64,000 nucleotides of DNA from Candidatus Omnitrophica bacterium UBA6253 (GTDB lineage Bacteria > Omnitrophota > Gorgyraeia > Gygaellales > Profunditerraquicolaceae), in the NCBI GenBank assembly GCA_002441245.1, contig DJVP01000009.1, positions 12,817-76,816 on the forward strand, given 5' to 3'. Made by a program: the position numbers and the translations under genes. How positions within the stretch are numbered: the first letter of the stretch is position 1; the number at the start of each line of letters is the position of its first letter. This document shows, piece by piece, positions 50,414 to 59,381 of the stretch. The notes beneath the pieces were generated by a model. That model worked only from the letters and a program-made list of their open reading frames with translations. It was not told where the DNA came from and ran no database searches.

Positions 50414-51367
50414 TTACTTTAGCTTCTCGGAGATCATGTAAAGAATTCCGCCTGCTATTTCCGGCTTAGGAAGCAGGTATTTTCTTGCTGAAATAACAAC
50501 CTGTGTCTTACTGCCTGTTTTCTTCTCAATCTTTACGGTTATCTGAGTGGAATTTATATTTGCGCTAATAACGCCTTGCAATTTGTCTTCCCTGGTAATC
50601 CTACCTTTGCGCTTTAAAACCTCCAGGCTTATTGCGTATACATTATCAAAAGTAGAGACAAAATCCTTCTGAACACTATCCCTGCCTATAAGTGTTACAG
50701 CTACAGCAACCGGTAAAACCGCCACGCCAGTCAACATAGCAACCCCATAAACTTGCGCCCCCTGTATTCCGGCCGCCCTCATAGGCTCTGCTAATATAAG
50801 CGCTGCTAACTGTTGGACACTAGTTATATTCTTGTAACTCTTGTCTATATTTATATTGTATACCTTAAAGACAGGTTCTCTTCCCGGGCTATAATCCTTA
50901 AAAACTATCCTTCCCATATTAAGCGTAAGTAAATCAATCTGCATAGGCATTTGCCCAGAATGCCCGGCACTCTGGTTCCTCCCTTGCTTCACCACCTTCA
51001 GCTCATCAACATTCAATTTACCTTCTTTATTTTTTTCAAGGCCAATTTCTTTTATTTCAATCCCGACATTCACCAAATGCAGTTTTCTCTTGAGTAAAGC
51101 ACCCAAATCATACCTGACATTTATTTTTGGCAAAGACACAAGGATGGATTTAGAAAATCCCTTAGGATTATATACCTTAAGTCCAGATATCCGCACAGAT
51201 TGGTTAAAAACACCTAAAGAAAACCCATCAATATGCACCGGTGCTCCGGTGAGCTGCGTCGCTATAATTGTTATCGCGGACTTAATTACCTGGTCTTTAA
51301 TAATACTGCCGGTAAAGATTACTACGAGCAATATTACCAATATGACTACAGTCTTTTTCATAGCCAT
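50414..51367 (-). CDS. Hypothetical exported protein with an AsmA/DUF748-like N-terminal region
   Basis: N-terminal anchor, then QLTGAPVHIDGFSLGVFNQSVRISGLKVYNPKGF, which resembles AsmA-family N-termini. Confidence 0.35.
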   Translation of the reverse strand: MAMKKTVVILVILLVVIFTGSIIKDQVIKSAITIIATQLTGAPVHIDGFSLGVFNQSVRISGLKVYNPKGFSKSILVSLPKINVRYDLGALLKRKLHLVNVGIEIKEIGLEKNKEGKLNVDELKVVKQGRNQSAGHSGQMPMQIDLLTLNMGRIVFKDYSPGREPVFKVYNINIDKSYKNITSVQQLAALILAEPMRAAGIQGAQVYGVAMLTGVAVLPVAVAVTLIGRDSVQKDFVSTFDNVYAISLEVLKRKGRITREDKLQGVISANINSTQITVKIEKKTGSKTQVVISARKYLLPKPEIAGGILYMISEKLK

Positions 51368-51573
51368 TCTCCTTTTCTATGATTTTACTCCAAACAAAAA
51401 CCTTCCGCAAGCATTTTACTCACAGAAGGTTGGAATTAACACTCCGCCTTTACGACGAAATTAGGAAATAGGGCTTAATGAAAATTGGCTCCCCATCGTG
51501 AATGAGTTTCGTAACTGGTTATACTTAGAGAGTACAGAAAACTGTGTGAAGAACTACTTAAAATCCAATAAGT

Positions 51574-52320
51574 TTATCTACCAGAAACATCAAGTAGCTT
51601 TGTTTTCTTTTTTAATATCAGGCAAATTAGATAGATGGCTAACCCAATTATGAAAAAATATACCCAAGACATGCGAGCTTCAAATTTACCCTTAAGCAAT
51701 AAGTTAGTGCTGACTTCCAAGAAGAAAAAAACAGCTATGATTGAAAAAAATGTAGAAAATTCTCTTCTAATCACTGTTTTTAACGAGAAGGGTAAATCCG
51801 GCTTTTTCCAGTTCTTGAAATCAGGGAATAGCATAGGTGTTTTCTCCGCCCAGCCAATAAATGAAGCCCCAAACTTTTTTCTTAAGAATTCTTCTTCAGA
51901 GAAGATTATTCTTTCATAATATAACCAAAACCCAACCCAGACCATTAAAGCAAACCACCATACTTGAATAAATAATGTAATTCCAAGAACTATAACAAAA
52001 TTACCCACATACAGAGGATTTCTTATAATTGAATACATCCCGCTTGTATTTAAACTTTCTGCTAATTGTGATTTTGTATTTCTACCCGATGTCCCCCTTG
52101 GAACATAGCCAGCAGTAAGACAACGTATGCTTAATCCTAAAAATGATATACAAATGGCTAAAGTCTCCCAGTAATCTGTAGCCCTGTCTCCAAAAACATG
52201 TTCGAGTACTTTAGAATATCTCAGAGCAACAATAAATAATGGGATTACCAATAAAGGCAAATAACTTCTCCACCGGAATAACCAATTACCCTGTTTTTCC
52301 ATATCTTCTCTTAGAGCCAT
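51574..52320 (-). CDS. Isoprenylcysteine carboxyl methyltransferase (ICMT)/phospholipid methyltransferase family membrane protein
   Basis: Multi-TM protein with an RNPLYVG motif and a C-terminal SAM-binding region. Confidence 0.65.
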   Translation of the reverse strand: MALREDMEKQGNWLFRWRSYLPLLVIPLFIVALRYSKVLEHVFGDRATDYWETLAICISFLGLSIRCLTAGYVPRGTSGRNTKSQLAESLNTSGMYSIIRNPLYVGNFVIVLGITLFIQVWWFALMVWVGFWLYYERIIFSEEEFLRKKFGASFIGWAEKTPMLFPDFKNWKKPDLPFSLKTVIRREFSTFFSIIAVFFFLEVSTNLLLKGKFEARMSWVYFFIIGLAIYLICLILKKKTKLLDVSGR

Positions 52321-52440
52321 TCTTCTCCTATTCTAATATGAATTTAGTTTATTATATCCTAAACAAAAGCTTCTGCAATAGATTTATCACAGAGAGCCAA
52401 AGTTAAAAATTCCCCTCTAAGACTCCAGCCTTCGATTCAA

Positions 52441-52482
52441 GAAAACCAAAAACAAAAAGACCCTATTCCTGAGAATAGGGTC
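52441..52482 (-). terminator. Rho-independent terminator downstream of tRNA-Asn
   Basis: Minus-strand RNA: GACCCUAUUC-UCAG-GAAUAGGGUC, followed by UUUUUGUUUUUGGUUUUC. Confidence 0.75.
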
Positions 52483-52492
52483 TTTGAAAAGA

Positions 52493-52568
52493 TGGCTCCC
52501 CCTCTAGGACTCGAACCTAGGACCTGGAGATTAACAGTCTCTCGCTCTACCAGCTGAGCTAAGGGGGA
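52493..52568 (-). tRNA. tRNA-Asn (anticodon GUU), 76 nt with an encoded CCA
   Basis: Hand-folded cloverleaf: acceptor UCCCCCU/AGGGGGA, D-arm GCUC-AGCUGGUA-GAGC, anticodon loop CUGUUAA, T-arm CUAGG-UUCGAGU-CCUAG, discriminator G, CCA. Confidence 0.85.
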
Positions 52569-52593
52569 ATTTAATTGTGGGAGTATTTTAACA

Positions 52594-54519
52594 CTAGATA
52601 ATCTGGCTTTCAAGAGCTTTTATATCCGCTTCGATCTCCTGGATAAGTTTTTCAATCTCTTTCATGCGCCGGCCATAGTCACGAGCTGTCTCCTCATCGC
52701 GGTAAAAATGCGGATTAGATAAAGCCCGCGCTTTAGCATAACTCTCAATTTCCAGAGTTTCTTTCTTTTTAAGAAGTTTATTAATTTTATCGCGAATAAT
52801 AGAATTATGCGATTTGCGTTTTTTATCCTCTTCTTTATTCTTTCGCTCTTGCTCTTTAGCCTTTTCTTTAGCCTCATCAACATGCTTAACCTGCGCAGGC
52901 CCGGGTTTATGTTCAATATTTATATCAGCTAGGCTGTCGCGTTTCTCAAGATAATAATCAAATGTCCCGGGGAATTTCCTCACCCTGCCTGCCTTAACCT
53001 CAAAAACATTATTCGCTATTGAACCGACAAAATAAATATCATGGCTTATAAAAACAATTGTACCCTCATAGCTTTTAAGCGCCTTTACCAAGGCATCCAC
53101 GGCATCCACATCAAGATGCGTGGTCGGCTCATCTAAAAGCAGGAAATTCGGCGGGTCAATTAAAAGCTTGGCCAGGATAAGCCGGCTTTTTTCCCCTCCG
53201 GAAAGAACCTTAACCTTCTTTTCGGCATCGTCACCGGTAAATAAAAATGCCCCAAGGATGGTCCTGATCGTTTCCTCTGCCATATAGCCCGGAGCTGCTG
53301 AATAGGCTTCTTGCAAAACAGTATTTTCAATATTTAAAACATCTGTGCGCGTCTGCGAAAAGTAACCGATATCCACATTATATCCTACAACCCTGTTTCC
53401 CTTATCTATACTGACAATCCCCGCCAGGATTTTTAAAAGTGTGGATTTACCCGCGCCGTTTTCTCCGGCCAGAACCGCTTTTTCTCCTTGGGTTATTTCA
53501 AAATCTAACCCGTCATAAACCTGGATATCCCCATAAGCCTTGGAAATCCCCTCTAAATTAATCACCCGGTGGCCGCTCCTGCGGGTTTGAGGAAAAGAAA
53601 AACTGCCTATACTTTCACGCGGATCAGGCGGAACAATAACCTTTTCCTCTTCCATCCTTTCCAGGACCCTACGCTTAGCGCGCACAGAGGCTGCTTTATT
53701 TGGCTGAGCGTGAAACCTAGCCACAAACTTGTCTAGTTGTTTTATCTTTTTATCCTGCTCTTTAAACTGTTTAATCAAATGGGAGCGCTTCTGCGCTTTT
53801 ATCTCTTCATAATGCTCGTAGTTGCCATGGACCTTTGAAACTGAACCGTTTTCCAGAATAAGTGTGTAGTTGGTAACATCTGTCAGGAACGCCTTATCGT
53901 GGGATATCATAATAAAAGTACCCTGAAAATTTGCTAAATAATCCTTAAGCCATAATGCCGCATTTAAATCCAGATAGTTAGTCGGCTCGTCAAGCAACAA
54001 TAAATCATACTGGTAAGTCAACAGCTTGCCTAATAGAGCGCGCATCTGCCAGCCACCGCTCATTTGATTTATAGGGCGGCTGAAGTCTCTTTCTTTAAAA
54101 CCTAATCCCGAAAGTATCTGTTTAGCCTTATATTCCAGCTCAAAGAACCCCAGAGTTTCCAATTCATGCAAAACTTCTCCATAATGTTTTGAGCCTGCTT
54201 CATTTTTGAGTTCAAGCTTTTCTTTTTCCTCCTTAAGGCACATAATTCTTTCATTGCCCTCGGTTAATTCAACAAGCACGGTGTGTTCGGATTTAAAACT
54301 CGCCTCCTGGGGAAGATAACCTATATGCACCCCCTTATTTACTCTCACCTCTCCGTTAGAAGGCTCGGTCTCTTGTAAAATCATTGAAAATAACGTACTC
54401 TTTCCAGTGCCATTGGGCCCGATAAGCCCAATCCTCTCACCCTGGTTTATATTGAGAGATATCTCCTTAAAAAGAACTTTAGGCCCGTAATTTTTCGAAA
54501 GTTTAATTATGTTAATCAT
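52594..54519 (-). CDS. ABC-F family ATPase (EttA/Uup-like translation factor)
   Basis: Two tandem ABC domains without TM regions; charged C-terminal coiled-coil tail. Confidence 0.75.
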   Translation of the reverse strand: MINIIKLSKNYGPKVLFKEISLNINQGERIGLIGPNGTGKSTLFSMILQETEPSNGEVRVNKGVHIGYLPQEASFKSEHTVLVELTEGNERIMCLKEEKEKLELKNEAGSKHYGEVLHELETLGFFELEYKAKQILSGLGFKERDFSRPINQMSGGWQMRALLGKLLTYQYDLLLLDEPTNYLDLNAALWLKDYLANFQGTFIMISHDKAFLTDVTNYTLILENGSVSKVHGNYEHYEEIKAQKRSHLIKQFKEQDKKIKQLDKFVARFHAQPNKAASVRAKRRVLERMEEEKVIVPPDPRESIGSFSFPQTRRSGHRVINLEGISKAYGDIQVYDGLDFEITQGEKAVLAGENGAGKSTLLKILAGIVSIDKGNRVVGYNVDIGYFSQTRTDVLNIENTVLQEAYSAAPGYMAEETIRTILGAFLFTGDDAEKKVKVLSGGEKSRLILAKLLIDPPNFLLLDEPTTHLDVDAVDALVKALKSYEGTIVFISHDIYFVGSIANNVFEVKAGRVRKFPGTFDYYLEKRDSLADINIEHKPGPAQVKHVDEAKEKAKEQERKNKEEDKKRKSHNSIIRDKINKLLKKKETLEIESYAKARALSNPHFYRDEETARDYGRRMKEIEKLIQEIEADIKALESQII

Positions 54520-54523
54520 TAGA

Positions 54524-55123
54524 TTAAATTGTACGGCGAGATTCTAGGGACTTTGAAAGGGTAGTAGCATCCGCATATTCCAGATTTGAACCCACTGGTA
54601 TTCCTAAGCCAATACGGCTTAATTGCACGCCTAATGGCTTAAGTAATTTAGTAAGATACAAAGAAGTAGTCTCACCCTCGGTATCGGCATCAGTAGCAAT
54701 AATTATTTCCTTAATACTGCCCTGTTTTATCCTTTGAATAAGCCCATCGATCTTCAAATCACCAGGGCCTCTTCCTTCAAGAGGGGATATTGACCCAAGC
54801 AGCACATGGTAAACCCCCCGGAAATTACCTGCCTTTTCAATTGCCGTAACATCACTGGGCTTCTCTACTACACAAACAATATCCCCTTGCCGGCGGATAT
54901 CCTGACAAATTTTACAAGTGTCTTCTTCGCTTAGGTTATTGCAAATCTGGCAAGAACGCACACTCTCCTTTACCTTATTCAGAGACTCGGATAAAACCCT
55001 GATTTCATCTTTGGATGCGCCTAGGACATGCGCTACGATACGTTCGGCGCTGCGCCTGCCAACACCGGGAAGTTTTATTAAACACTCAAGCAATTTCTCT
55101 ATGGAAACCGTATAATTAGCCAT
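54524..55123 (-). CDS. recR: Recombination protein RecR
   Basis: HhH motif LPGVGRRSAERI, C4 zinc finger and Toprim domain. Confidence 0.85.
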   Translation of the reverse strand: MANYTVSIEKLLECLIKLPGVGRRSAERIVAHVLGASKDEIRVLSESLNKVKESVRSCQICNNLSEEDTCKICQDIRRQGDIVCVVEKPSDVTAIEKAGNFRGVYHVLLGSISPLEGRGPGDLKIDGLIQRIKQGSIKEIIIATDADTEGETTSLYLTKLLKPLGVQLSRIGLGIPVGSNLEYADATTLSKSLESRRTI

Positions 55124-56685
55124 TAGCCTTCCTTGACCACCCTTCCCCCAAACATATCGAGGGCAGATTTAACAAAAGGATTACTGTGCGCATCTTGCTC
55201 ATGTTTTGCTTGCGCAACTAAAATAAAATTTATTCTTAAATCGGCATTACATAATTCAGAGGCAGCCTTCTCGATCATCGCCTTATTTTCCTTCTTATCC
55301 AGGGACTCCTTATGCAAGGAGTAATTCTTAGGAAAAGCTACGGTTAACATATTCCCCTGCACCTTGGTTGGCTCTCCTTCGCTTAAATAGGTAGATACCG
55401 ACATCTTGATACTGGCAAGGTTATTTACTATATGACTCCAAACACTTTTTACCTGATCTAAAGAAATTGATTCACTCGGAGCTTGAGTAGGAGCCTGAAT
55501 AGGAACATCCTCTTTAACCGCTACTTCCGGACCAGCCTGTTTTTCTTTTTCCAAAATAGGTTTCTTTGATTTCTCCCCAATCAAACCACGACCCTCTAGC
55601 CTGTTATATGCCAGCCTGACCAGGCTTATCTCTAATGGTATGCGCTGAGAATCTAAGCGCTTGGCCATCTCCTGCGTAGCGACTAAAATATTAAAAGCGG
55701 TAAAAATCTCTTCCAAGGATAGTGATTTACTTTGCTCGAATAGGCGGTCGCAAACATCCTGCGGCAAATCAACCAATTTTGTATCTGCTTTAGAAACTTT
55801 AGCTACCATCAAATTACGAAAATGTTCAATAAGATTGATAAGAAATACCCCCGGGTCTTTACCGTCATCGACAATCTCACTAAAAAGCCTTAAGGCCCCC
55901 TGGGGGTCCTTCTGGATTATTTTATCAGTAAGGGCGAACAAAACATCCTGTTCAACCATGCCCAAAACAGAGATGGCATCTTTTAAAGATACATTCCCCT
56001 GGGAAAAAGATACCAGCTGGTCTAAAACTGATTCTGCGTCCCTTAAAGAACCGTCGCTGCTCTTAGCAACCGCAAATAACACCTCTTTATCCACCACGGC
56101 CTTCTCTTGGCGGATGATCTTTTCAAGCTGAGAGATAATTTCAATTACCGGAATCCTGCGAAAATCCATGCGTTGGCAACGGGAGATAATTGTCGGCATG
56201 ACTTTTTGCGGATGGGTAGTAGCAAAGATAAATTTCACAAACTCCGGAGGCTCTTCAAGGGTTTTAAGCAGGGCGTTAAAACCATCGGGGGTTATCTGGT
56301 GCACCTCATCAATGATATAAATCTTATACTTACCTTGAGTAGGGGAAAATTTTACATTTTCACGTAAGGCCCTTATTTCATCAATGCCGCGGTTAGAGGC
56401 GCCGTCAATCTCAATTACATCAAGAGAATTCCCCTGGTTAATCCCCAAACATGAAGAACATTTTTGGCAGGGTTTTATCGTAGGACCCTCTTTACAGTTT
56501 AACGCTTTAGCCAGGATTCTTGCGGTTGAAGTCTTGCCTACACCCCTTGGGCCGGTAAAAAGATAGGCGTGGGCAAGCCGATTTTTCTGGATCGCGTTTT
56601 TTAAGGTACCTACTATATGGTCTTGTCCGACAACGCTCTCAAAATCCTGTGGACGCCATTTTAATGCAAAAACAGTATAAGCCAT
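55123..56685 (-). CDS. dnaX: DNA polymerase III subunit gamma/tau
   Basis: AAA+ clamp-loader domain (FTGPRGVGKTSTARILAKALNC) with a Zn module. Confidence 0.85.
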   Translation of the reverse strand: MAYTVFALKWRPQDFESVVGQDHIVGTLKNAIQKNRLAHAYLFTGPRGVGKTSTARILAKALNCKEGPTIKPCQKCSSCLGINQGNSLDVIEIDGASNRGIDEIRALRENVKFSPTQGKYKIYIIDEVHQITPDGFNALLKTLEEPPEFVKFIFATTHPQKVMPTIISRCQRMDFRRIPVIEIISQLEKIIRQEKAVVDKEVLFAVAKSSDGSLRDAESVLDQLVSFSQGNVSLKDAISVLGMVEQDVLFALTDKIIQKDPQGALRLFSEIVDDGKDPGVFLINLIEHFRNLMVAKVSKADTKLVDLPQDVCDRLFEQSKSLSLEEIFTAFNILVATQEMAKRLDSQRIPLEISLVRLAYNRLEGRGLIGEKSKKPILEKEKQAGPEVAVKEDVPIQAPTQAPSESISLDQVKSVWSHIVNNLASIKMSVSTYLSEGEPTKVQGNMLTVAFPKNYSLHKESLDKKENKAMIEKAASELCNADLRINFILVAQAKHEQDAHSNPFVKSALDMFGGRVVKEG

Positions 56686-56700
56686 TAAGTAAAAGGGTTA

Positions 56701-56934
56701 TTATTTCTTATCAATCTGGATCTGTTGGACCTTCACGCCTTTTTCTGCCAGGTATTCAAAGGCCCGCTTAATTTCTTCCTGCTGGCCTTCTATTGTAAGG
56801 ATTGACCATCCCGCCTCCATGGAAAAAGAAGCCTCGATAATATTTAAGCTGATCTCGAATTTCTTGCAAAGATAACAAATTATGGATTCATCCTGCAAGG
56901 TACCCGGAAAAGTCAATCCAATGGAGATCTTCAT
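56701..56934 (-). CDS. Stand-alone NIL-domain protein
   Basis: 77 aa matching the NIL pattern (LtF.G....piI..l...f.v..NIl.A...........l...G......a..yL...gv.ve); its own AAGGAG Shine-Dalgarno sequence. Confidence 0.5.
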   Translation of the reverse strand: MKISIGLTFPGTLQDESIICYLCKKFEISLNIIEASFSMEAGWSILTIEGQQEEIKRAFEYLAEKGVKVQQIQIDKK

Positions 56935-57045
56935 CTTTCATACTCCTTATTGCCTAATACATACAACATCTTTCTAATCTGCTATAATTATATCTATTAT
57001 CTCAGAACATCCGTATTTTTTCAATGGGTAAGTTCCTTTATTTTA

Positions 57046-58227
57046 TCAGGGATATCGAAACATCTCCCCTGAAATTAATACGTCCAAATATTTTTCATAT
57101 TTTTTTATTAAAGAAGAGCGCCTATCCTGGTTAATCTTTATTACGCGGTCGGCAATCTTATAGCAATACCCGCAATCTTCACATAAAGCTAAAGAGCAAT
57201 CATTATCGATAAAATGAAGGATAAAATTATCCAATGCCCGATTTTCAATATAGAAAACACCTTGCATGATTAATTCCCTTAATTTTATGAGCTTAAGTAC
57301 ATTTACCGTAAAGGGACGGAAGAAATATTTTGCTTTTTGAAGCAGCCTCGGTTTCTCCACTATGATGGTTTTATCAGCAGAAAGGAAAAGATCAAGCAGG
57401 TTTCCTTCATATGAGCGGTTAACATAGGCATTATAAATTGAAATAAGCACCGTCGTGGACATCGCGCGGTCTATCAATTTTATTCTCTCTATACCAATAG
57501 CCTCATAATGTTGCAAATCCTCCGGCCTGATCCAGGGGGAACGGATAAGCTCAAAAGGAGAAAGAAGCTTTTTATAATTACAGGCAAGGTTCGCATAATC
57601 AATTAAAAAACCTTTTAAATAATGCCGGGACTGAGTGCCATGCGAACCGATAACGGCATGATAAGGCCTGAACGGACACTGGTATAAACAGCATTCGTTA
57701 GCAATCAGGCGTAATTTACATTTTGCCTCCCGGCTTATTCTTTTAAGCAAGGGGAAATTCCTATTCACCCTTACGCTGCTTAAGGTTATCTCATCAGCCC
57801 CTAAGCCTTCCCAATATTTGACTTTAGCTAAACTATCTACTCCAGCCATAGTAGAAACAATTACTTTCAGGATAGAATAATTTTTCTTAATCATTTCCGA
57901 CAAGTACGGAATCGACACTGTAACAGAATCAACCCCTATATCAACAAGCCATGATAAAAATCCGCGTATCTGCTTCTGCCCTGATTTTGTCCATTCACAA
58001 TTGTTAAGGCAAGTACTATTTATGACATAATTAAACCCTATTCCTTTTTTATGAAGCTGGTGAATATATTCCCGGGCGTCATGCCTGGAAACAAACGGCA
58101 AGGAATAGGAATTTCTACAGCCGCCTATCGGGTCATCGCGAAGCTTACCATAAACTTCATCGGCGTATTCAACATTTAAAGCCTGGATCAACTCCGGCTG
58201 CCAATTAGTTGGCACAGAAAACTTCAT
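57046..58227 (-). CDS. Cys-rich hypothetical protein (CCLYQCP and CX4CX2CX2C clusters), probably an Fe-S protein; co-operonic with the radical-SAM genes
   Basis: 393 aa with multiple conserved-looking Cys clusters and no canonical CxxxCxxC motif. It sits 17 nt downstream of the SPASM radical-SAM gene. Confidence 0.4.
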   Translation of the reverse strand: MKFSVPTNWQPELIQALNVEYADEVYGKLRDDPIGGCRNSYSLPFVSRHDAREYIHQLHKKGIGFNYVINSTCLNNCEWTKSGQKQIRGFLSWLVDIGVDSVTVSIPYLSEMIKKNYSILKVIVSTMAGVDSLAKVKYWEGLGADEITLSSVRVNRNFPLLKRISREAKCKLRLIANECCLYQCPFRPYHAVIGSHGTQSRHYLKGFLIDYANLACNYKKLLSPFELIRSPWIRPEDLQHYEAIGIERIKLIDRAMSTTVLISIYNAYVNRSYEGNLLDLFLSADKTIIVEKPRLLQKAKYFFRPFTVNVLKLIKLRELIMQGVFYIENRALDNFILHFIDNDCSLALCEDCGYCYKIADRVIKINQDRRSSLIKKYEKYLDVLISGEMFRYP

Positions 58228-58244
58228 TTTAACTCTTCTCCAAA

Positions 58245-59381
58245 TTAAAGGACATACGGCAAATACTCCCCAATTTTCTCCAGCGGAATACTCTCGCTAT
58301 ATGGCCCATTACAATTAGAATCCTTGCTTATTGCATCTCGGTAATTATTGAATCTATAAGCCTTACAACCACCCCCGCATAACCTCACTAATGAACAAGC
58401 CCTACATCCATCGGGGATAGACAGAAAATCCAGCAAATCCTGATTCCGGCAGGAATTATTTATGATAGCGTAAAACTTCTCGTTCTTAATATTCCCCAGG
58501 TTAAGATTAAGAAAAGGGCAGGGCGTTACTGTCCCATCGGATTTTATATTAATCGTACTGATAAAAGCAGAGCAGGCCTTCGGCCTTTTAGATAATACAT
58601 CCAGCAATTTATTTTTATAAGCCTTGCTAGTATTGTACGCCCAATCAATCGCATACTGGAACGATTTCCTGTCTTCCGGTTGCAAATCGCAAGAACCCTG
58701 TTTTATATACGGAAAAAACATTGTCTTTGCCTTAAGGCCTCTGGCAAAATCATCTATCTGTTTCAAATGGTTTACATTGACAGACATAAGAACCGTAAAT
58801 GTATGGGTAGGCAAGCCTGCGGCAATTAGATTCCTTATCCCCTCTTGGGTCTTCTCCCATGAACCCGGAGTTTGAGTTATCCCGTCATGGATATCTTTAT
58901 AGCAAGAATATAAATTGACGATAACAGCGCTCACTCCCGCTTGTTTAATTCTTGCAGCTAGCCGGGGAGTAACCAGGGTTGCATTAGTATAGATTGTTAT
59001 ATGTTTAATTTTTCTTTTCGCGTAATTAATAATTTCGAATAGATCCCCCCTTAAAAGCGGTTCTCCCCCTAAAAGTTGAAGCTTAAGGTTTCCTCCTACA
59101 GGCCTTAATTGGCTGATCAGATTACAGATTTCCCTGCAAGATAACGATTCTTCCAAAGAAAAATCACAGTAGCAATTCTTGCATCTCAAATTACAGACAT
59201 TATTAACATGCAACTTAATATTCCTGAATTTAATATTTAAAGCTTTAAAAGCCACATTCCTGACAAGGATGTCAAATGCTTTCTGCGATTGGATCCGCTC
59301 AAAGAAAAAACGAAAACATTTATTGCATATTTTATTAAATACCCCGGAGATTGTGATTTTTAAGGAATTTTTATCTGCCAT
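58245..59381 (-). CDS. Radical SAM enzyme with a C-terminal SPASM/twitch domain
   Basis: CNLRCKNC (CX3CX2C) radical-SAM motif; C-terminal CRACSLVRLCGGGC auxiliary-cluster motif. Confidence 0.7.
   Translation of the reverse strand: MADKNSLKITISGVFNKICNKCFRFFFERIQSQKAFDILVRNVAFKALNIKFRNIKLHVNNVCNLRCKNCYCDFSLEESLSCREICNLISQLRPVGGNLKLQLLGGEPLLRGDLFEIINYAKRKIKHITIYTNATLVTPRLAARIKQAGVSAVIVNLYSCYKDIHDGITQTPGSWEKTQEGIRNLIAAGLPTHTFTVLMSVNVNHLKQIDDFARGLKAKTMFFPYIKQGSCDLQPEDRKSFQYAIDWAYNTSKAYKNKLLDVLSKRPKACSAFISTINIKSDGTVTPCPFLNLNLGNIKNEKFYAIINNSCRNQDLLDFLSIPDGCRACSLVRLCGGGCKAYRFNNYRDAISKDSNCNGPYSESIPLEKIGEYLPYVL

Noticed and set aside
48388-51515. 12-nt exact repeat tttcgtaactgg preceded by tggc(t)cccc at 48388-48420 and 51482-51515. 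The pair flanks the four hypothetical genes, and the first 9 nt match the 3' end of the nearby tRNA-Asn (tggctcccc). I considered whether these are attL/attR sites of a tRNA-integrated island.
   Set aside because: A single exact 12-mer pair is expected by chance many times in 64 kb. The tRNA match is only 9 nt, and the similarity does not extend into the T-arm. No integrase or recombinase gene is present. I kept only the weaker 'accessory block' inference.
51482-51560. Possible tRNA-like or tmRNA-like element ending ...GGGGAGCCA on the minus strand, downstream of the ICMT gene.
   Set aside because: Attempted folding gives no T-arm (no GTTCRANYC loop), no D-arm and no anticodon stem. Only the acceptor-like 3' end matches.
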